A stretch of DNA of 64,000 nucleotides from an uncultured bacterium (lineage in GTDB: Bacteria > Margulisbacteria > WOR-1 > JAKLHX01): positions 82,679 through 146,678 of the forward strand of contig CAZQZN010000002.1 of assembly GCA_964597815.1 (NCBI GenBank). The letters run 5' to 3'. Every line of letters starts with the position of its first letter. Position 1 is the stretch's first letter. Made by a program: the position numbers and the translations under genes. The notes under the pieces were generated by a model, which was not told where the DNA came from, did no database searches, and worked only from the letters and a program-made list of their open reading frames with translations. Below are positions 59,325-64,000 of this stretch, in pieces.

Positions 59325-59504
59325 TCAATTTTCTCCAATAAAGACTACAGCTACGTATTGGTTTTGAGAATCACTATCAAAACCACTTTCAACTAAATCG
59401 TTATTCCCATACAAACTAACATTTTTATAGTTAAAGTCTTCATTATCGTCTGCATCTGATATGAGTTGCTCCAAAAAATTTACATCGTATTTTTGTTCAC
59501 ACAT
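59325..59504 (-). CDS. Small acidic protein (59 aa), first gene of the giant-protein operon
   Basis: Start taken at the internal ATG, preceded by GGAAGGGGA. The upstream GTG extension in the ORF track lacks an RBS. Sequence MCEQKYDVNFLEQLISDADDNEDF... Confidence 0.4.
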   Translation of the reverse strand: MCEQKYDVNFLEQLISDADDNEDFNYKNVSLYGNNDLVESGFDSDSQNQYVAVVFIGEN

Positions 59505-59825
59505 ATAATTTCCCCTTCCATTGTTAATAGCCCAGTTTAGCAGGGGTGACATGCCTGTTGAAAATGCCACCCCTAGTAAACTTTATGTAATTTCTCTTTT
59601 TCATTTTCAAACTCCTCATAAACAAAAAATCGAATCCAACAGGCAAGTCTTCGATTATTTATTTTGTTGTTTCTTCAGTTTCAAGTAATAATCGTTACAA
59701 GAGGCATAAAACTTGCATAAAAAATAAGGTAAAAAATTATGAATGTAAGTTGCGTGTAAAAACAAACAATTTTTAGTTAATAAGTGGCTTCAAAAAAGAT
59801 CCAGTTATGCGATTACTAATGTTTT

Positions 59826-60719
59826 CTATTTCTTAAAAATGTTATATTTGCGAATCAATTTTGCCGGATGATAGCTCATCTTTGCCTTTCTAAGCCCTAA
59901 ATGGCCCATATCTTGTTCTCGATTTACATATTCGCAATCAGGAAAAGAATTTTTTAAAAATTCTCGATTAATGATTTGGGCAGCTCCCCTAATTAAAGGA
60001 TCTGACTTTTCAATATGCACTACAGCTGTGTTACTTGTCAATTTTTCGCCAAGGCTAAACCCTACAATTTTACTATTGGAAATGATTACTCCCCCTTTCA
60101 ATCCAAGGATATCTTTGTTCTTTAAGGCAATTTCCACAGCATTGGCTTCACACTCTATTAAAGGATATTCATCTGTAATGGTTGTTTTTTTCGTTTTGCA
60201 CCAAATTTCGTTCAGTTTTAGACATTCATAAATGTGAGATTTATCCATTTTTTCGTACTTAAAATCGTTGTTTTTTACAAAGTAATTTATGTGGTTCCTT
60301 TTTGCATCATATTTTCTTCCTTTTAATTCAATCAAATCACGGCTTGAATAAAGATAATCGAATTGATCCCGATCTTCTTTAATAACAAAATTTTCTGGCT
60401 CTTTCAAAAAAGATATAAACTGCTCATCTGCTCTTATTACTGCTTTGGAATGACTCAAACATATATTTAAAACTTCATCAGAATTTTCCCCAATTCCAAG
60501 CGGCATCATAAAGTATTCGTTCTTGTCCGGCCCTATAACTAATGGGCATAAAAAATCACCAATAATGGTTAATTGTGTTTTATCAATATTTTTCCAAATG
60601 TAGTAGTTTGCAAAAGTATGGTCAGAAATAAAAATGGGTCGGGCAAAATAATACTTTTCAAAGTCGTTTTTATGCTCAATTTTTAAAGGCACAAAATCAG
60701 GATAATAAGGAATACTCAC
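59826..60719 (-). CDS. DUF2156-family protein (standalone MprF/LPG-synthase C-terminal-like domain)
   Basis: 297 aa. Overall pattern and the C-terminal GHLGLRKAKMSYHP segment resemble the lysyl-phosphatidylglycerol synthase C-terminal domain family. Tentative. Confidence 0.45.
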   Translation of the reverse strand: MSIPYYPDFVPLKIEHKNDFEKYYFARPIFISDHTFANYYIWKNIDKTQLTIIGDFLCPLVIGPDKNEYFMMPLGIGENSDEVLNICLSHSKAVIRADEQFISFLKEPENFVIKEDRDQFDYLYSSRDLIELKGRKYDAKRNHINYFVKNNDFKYEKMDKSHIYECLKLNEIWCKTKKTTITDEYPLIECEANAVEIALKNKDILGLKGGVIISNSKIVGFSLGEKLTSNTAVVHIEKSDPLIRGAAQIINREFLKNSFPDCEYVNREQDMGHLGLRKAKMSYHPAKLIRKYNIFKK

Positions 60720-60811
60720 AATAAACTGATTTTAACATAATCATCGACTTCACCAAAACATTTTAGAAAGTTCTTTGACTTATAAATACAGCTTTGTTAA
60801 TATATTGACAA

Positions 60812-62368
60812 ATGGAAAAGAAGACCACAGATAATTGGAGCTCAAAAATCGGAGTAATACTTGCAGTTGCCGGAAGTGCAATTGGACTTGGCAATTTTTT
60901 AAGATTCCCTGTCCAAGCAGTTAATAATGGAGGGGGCGCATTTTTAATCCCTTATTTTATTTCTCTCGTGCTTTTAGGAATACCTCTTATGTGGATTGAA
61001 TGGTCAATTGGAAGATATGGAGGTATTTTTGGACACTCAACAGCACCGGGAATGTTCCAAAAACTATGGAAAACTAGATTATCGAAATATTTTGGTGTTA
61101 TTGGAATTTTTGGCCCTTTGGTCATATTTATGTATTACTTATATATAGAATCTTGGCTTTTGGGATATTGTTTTTATTCAATTAATGGCTCTTTGACAAG
61201 CATTTCAAAACCGGCTGAAATGGCATCATTCTTGGCTGGATATCAGGGTCTAGAAGTCAATAAATTTTTTAACGGCATTCAAATAGCATATATTTTTTTC
61301 TTAGTAACCTTTGCTTTGAATTTTGCAATTCTCTTTAGAGGTGTTAAAAATGGAATTGAGCAGTTTTGCAAAATTGCAATGCCTCTTCTATTTGTTTTTG
61401 CAACAATAATAATGTTCAGAGTACTTACCTTAGGAACTCCGGATCAAAATCAGCCAACATGGAATATAATTAACGGCTTGGGATTTTTGTGGAATCCTGA
61501 TTTTTCCGCATTGCTTAGCGCCAAAACTTGGCTTGCCGCCGCAGGACAGATATTTTTCACGCTAAGTGTAGGAATAGGAGTTATTTTGACTTACGCAAGC
61601 TATCTAAAAAAAGGCGACGACATTGCGCTTTCAGGATTGTCCGCTGCTTCAACAAATGAATTTGCTGAAGTCATTTTGGGAGGAACAATTGTTATCCCGC
61701 TGGCTTTTGCATTTTTTGGACCAAATGGGATACAACAAATTGCTCAAAGCGGCGCCTTCAATTTGGGATTTGTTACAATGCCTTTAATTTTTTCTAAAAT
61801 ATCTCTTGGATCAATTTTTTCATTCTTGTGGTTTGCTCTTCTCTTTTTGGCAGGCATCACTTCATCAATATCTTTGATAGAGCCAACAATTGCTTTTATC
61901 AAAGATGATTTTAATATTGAAAGAAAAAAAGCAGTTTTAATTGTTATGATCGCGGCTTTTTTGCTTTGCCAACCAGCGGTATTTTTTCTGAAAAACGGTG
62001 TTTTAGATGAGCTTGATTTTTGGGGTGGGACATTTTCCCTTGTGCTGTTTGCAACAATTGAAGTGTTCCTTTTTACATGGGCGTTTGGAATTGAAAAAGC
62101 ATGGGAAGAAATGCATAGAGGTGCGCAGTTAGAAATACCAAAGTTTTACAAATGGGTAATAAAATATATCACTCCCTTGTTTCTCATCATAATTTTGGTT
62201 GCATGGCTCATACAAGAGGGATTTTCAACTATAATGATGAAATCTGTTCCAAGAGAAAATATCTATTATGTTTTAACTACTAGAATCGGGTTGCTGATCA
62301 TCTTTTTCTCACTCGCTTTGCTTGTTAGATACGCTTTAAAGAAAAAATCTTCTGGAGAAAATCAATGA
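60812..62368 (+). CDS. Sodium-dependent transporter, NSS (SNF/LeuT) family
   Basis: 518 aa. N-terminal AVAGSAIGLGNFLRFP...GGGAFLIPY signature. About 12 TM segments. Confidence 0.85.
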   Translation: MEKKTTDNWSSKIGVILAVAGSAIGLGNFLRFPVQAVNNGGGAFLIPYFISLVLLGIPLMWIEWSIGRYGGIFGHSTAPGMFQKLWKTRLSKYFGVIGIFGPLVIFMYYLYIESWLLGYCFYSINGSLTSISKPAEMASFLAGYQGLEVNKFFNGIQIAYIFFLVTFALNFAILFRGVKNGIEQFCKIAMPLLFVFATIIMFRVLTLGTPDQNQPTWNIINGLGFLWNPDFSALLSAKTWLAAAGQIFFTLSVGIGVILTYASYLKKGDDIALSGLSAASTNEFAEVILGGTIVIPLAFAFFGPNGIQQIAQSGAFNLGFVTMPLIFSKISLGSIFSFLWFALLFLAGITSSISLIEPTIAFIKDDFNIERKKAVLIVMIAAFLLCQPAVFFLKNGVLDELDFWGGTFSLVLFATIEVFLFTWAFGIEKAWEEMHRGAQLEIPKFYKWVIKYITPLFLIIILVAWLIQEGFSTIMMKSVPRENIYYVLTTRIGLLIIFFSLALLVRYALKKKSSGENQ

Positions 62369-62472
62369 CAATATTTGGATGGATATTTATGAGTACCTCT
62401 TGGACACTTATTATTCTTTTGGTCTGTTTTTGTTTCTACAAAGTCCTCACTGAAAAAGAAGAAGAAATCTGA
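62365..62472 (+). CDS. Small hydrophobic peptide (35 aa) translationally coupled to the NSS transporter (MetS-like small subunit candidate)
   Basis: The ATG overlaps the transporter stop (ATGA). MTIFGWIFMSTSWTLIILLVCFCFYKVLTEKEEEI has one TM helix and an acidic tail. Not in the ORF track because of its size. Confidence 0.45.
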   Translation: MTIFGWIFMSTSWTLIILLVCFCFYKVLTEKEEEI

Positions 62473-62524
62473 AATTTTAACAAAAACTTAACGAAAACAT
62501 TTAAGACGAATTTAATCTCAAAAA

Positions 62525-63298
62525 ATGCCAATAACAATAAACAGAATTATACATAGAGGAATACCAAGTGGCTTGGCCATAAAAGCGGCCATAATATACA
62601 ACGACTATTGCAAAAGAAAAGCTTATAATCTTGACAAAAGTGTGGGAATGATAAAAGCAAGAACAGCACTTTTTGGCAAATTTGCGCCAGAGGGCAAAAA
62701 TATTTTGGATTTGGCAACAGGTAGAGGTTTCCTCTTAGCTGAAGCAGCAAAAAGAAACGCAAAGCTTGTAATCGGCATCGAGGCTTCCGATAAAATGCTT
62801 GACGAAGCCGAACAAACATTTGCAAAATTTGAATCTCAAACAAAGGTTGAATTGGTTGAAGGAGATATCTTTTCTCTGAAAGATATCGTCAGAGAAATAA
62901 CTAATGAAAATTTAGATCTTATAACAGCAGCAAATATATTCTGCTTTTTGTCAAAAACGCAAAGAGAAGATATTATAAAACAATCTCTTGAAGTCTTAAA
63001 GCCAAAAGGCATTCTTGCTGTATTAAGCAGAAGCATTGATAATGGAACGCTTCCCACTTCATGGAATGAAAAAGAAAAAGAGCTATATTCAAAAACTCTG
63101 CTTGGAACAGGAAATTTTTTGGAGTGCGTTGGGTGGCAAACTAATGATTGGAAAAAACTTTTTTTAAACAATGGATTCAAAAATTTTGGATTTTTTATCG
63201 GTTCTAAAGAGACAGATGAAGAGTTAATTGGAAAAGAATTAAATCCTGATCAAGAAGTTGTTTTAAACGAAAATGTAATATTCTGGGGTGAAAAATAA
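62525..63298 (+). CDS. Class I SAM-dependent methyltransferase
   Basis: 257 aa. Motif I ILDLATGRGFL and an acidic residue at the end of beta-2 (IGIEASDKM). Confidence 0.7.
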   Translation: MPITINRIIHRGIPSGLAIKAAIIYNDYCKRKAYNLDKSVGMIKARTALFGKFAPEGKNILDLATGRGFLLAEAAKRNAKLVIGIEASDKMLDEAEQTFAKFESQTKVELVEGDIFSLKDIVREITNENLDLITAANIFCFLSKTQREDIIKQSLEVLKPKGILAVLSRSIDNGTLPTSWNEKEKELYSKTLLGTGNFLECVGWQTNDWKKLFLNNGFKNFGFFIGSKETDEELIGKELNPDQEVVLNENVIFWGEK

Positions 63299-63399
63299 AC
63301 TCGTGCAAAGGCAAAATTCTGCCTTTCAAAAATTGAGTGAAATTTCAAAATAATTTTGTCGATAGAATAATTGGAACGAATTTTAAAAAGGAGAAAAAA

Positions 63400-64000
63400 A
63401 TGGGTTTGATAGCAACTTGGACAAGAAGTCAATTCAACTTAAACAAAACAACTTTACAAAGCTACTCAAGGACCTCATATGGTCCGCAAATCAGTAGGTT
63501 TTACGGAGTGGTTCATGCAGGAGGGCCAGCCCCGGGAAGTAATGCTGCAATTGCGGGAATAGTTTCAGCAGCATATAACAGAAATGTTGGAATAGTTGGT
63601 TTCATAAACGGTTTTAAGGGAGCAATGAAAGGAGATGCCATAAAACTTGAACCTTGTCTGGTCTCAGAAATCGGTTCTTTAGGCGGTGTCGCAATCGGCA
63701 CATCAAGATTTAATCCGAAAGAAGAGGATAGGAAAAAGCTGATAGAGAGCTTTGATAAGTGGGGCATAAAAGGTCTTATCGCTATCGGTGGAGATGATAC
63801 AAACACAACAGCTTCACGGCTTTCAAAAATGGGATTCCCTGTAATAGGAATACCAAAAACAATTGATAATGACATTCCCGGCACATCCGAAACACACGGT
63901 TTTCAAACTGTTGTTCAAAAAACAGCCGAAGCATTAAAAGCATTAAAAAGAGACGCTCAATGCCAAGACAGCCCTTGTATATTTTTAGCAGAGATAATGG
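63400..64000 (+). CDS. pfk: 6-phosphofructokinase (5' portion; continues beyond window end)
   Basis: ATG at 63400 preceded by AAAAGGAG. GGPAPGSNAAI, IGGDDT and GIPKTIDND motifs. No stop before the window end. Confidence 0.8.
   Translation, partial: MGLIATWTRSQFNLNKTTLQSYSRTSYGPQISRFYGVVHAGGPAPGSNAAIAGIVSAAYNRNVGIVGFINGFKGAMKGDAIKLEPCLVSEIGSLGGVAIGTSRFNPKEEDRKKLIESFDKWGIKGLIAIGGDDTNTTASRLSKMGFPVIGIPKTIDNDIPGTSETHGFQTVVQKTAEALKALKRDAQCQDSPCIFLAEIM

Noticed and set aside
1-64000. CRISPR arrays, IS elements, prophage remnants
   Set aside because: Scanning found no spaced direct repeats and no transposase, recombinase or phage structural protein signatures. The repeats in the window are protein-level, namely the beta-helix units and the tandem pilins.

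Overview
This is an AT-rich, densely coding chromosomal window, apparently from a diderm (outer-membrane-bearing) bacterium. The evidence for diderm status is a TolC/RND efflux operon and a PilQ secretin. I could not determine the phylum.

Main blocks, in order:
(1) 1-4.9 kb holds housekeeping and accessory genes. These are a pyruvoyl-dependent arginine decarboxylase (PdaD), tRNA-Glu, a small MGMT-family protein, an MBL-fold hydrolase, an RluA-family pseudouridine synthase, a flavin reductase-like protein, and a 59-aa DUF2892 ORF missing from the ORF track.
(2) 5.0-7.5 kb is an 828-aa protein with no motif I recognise. It is followed by a tRNA with a CAU anticodon on the minus strand.
(3) 7.8-13.9 kb is a minus-strand MarR / membrane-fusion / RND pump / PII-like / TolC efflux operon.
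(4) 14.0-26.1 kb is a complete type IV pilus locus. It runs pilB, pilC, pilT, two tandem pilins, two minor pilins, two paralogous PilX-like beta-helix proteins, a PilM-PilN fusion, a PilO(-PilP) fusion and the PilQ secretin. It is transcribed divergently from the efflux operon.
(5) 26.1-31.0 kb is a minus-strand five-gene peptide ABC (opp/dpp) operon.
(6) 31.0-45.8 kb holds an orphan pilin plus a short GspF-like gene, tatD, metG, a metallophosphoesterase, a transporter, pepA, lemA and a TPM-domain gene, ndk, argH-argG-argF, and an S26 signal-peptidase-I-like gene.
(7) 45.9-59.5 kb is the outstanding feature of the window. It is a tight four-gene minus-strand operon. Its 3549-aa protein carries a full SecA-like ATPase core in the middle, with NBD1, a PPXD-like insertion, NBD2 and a helical scaffold, flanked by roughly 1500-aa and 1300-aa extensions of unknown function. 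It is co-transcribed with a 538-aa protein carrying an EF-hand-like loop, a LysM-domain protein and a small acidic protein. None of the four has a recognisable signal peptide.
(8) 59.8-64.0 kb holds a DUF2156 (MprF C-terminal-like) protein, an NSS-family sodium symporter with an overlapping 35-aa membrane-peptide ORF that is also missing from the ORF track, a SAM-methyltransferase, and the 5' part of a phosphofructokinase that runs off the window.

I saw no CRISPR array, transposase, integrase or rRNA. All functional calls rest on motif recognition from the translated ORFs, not database searches.
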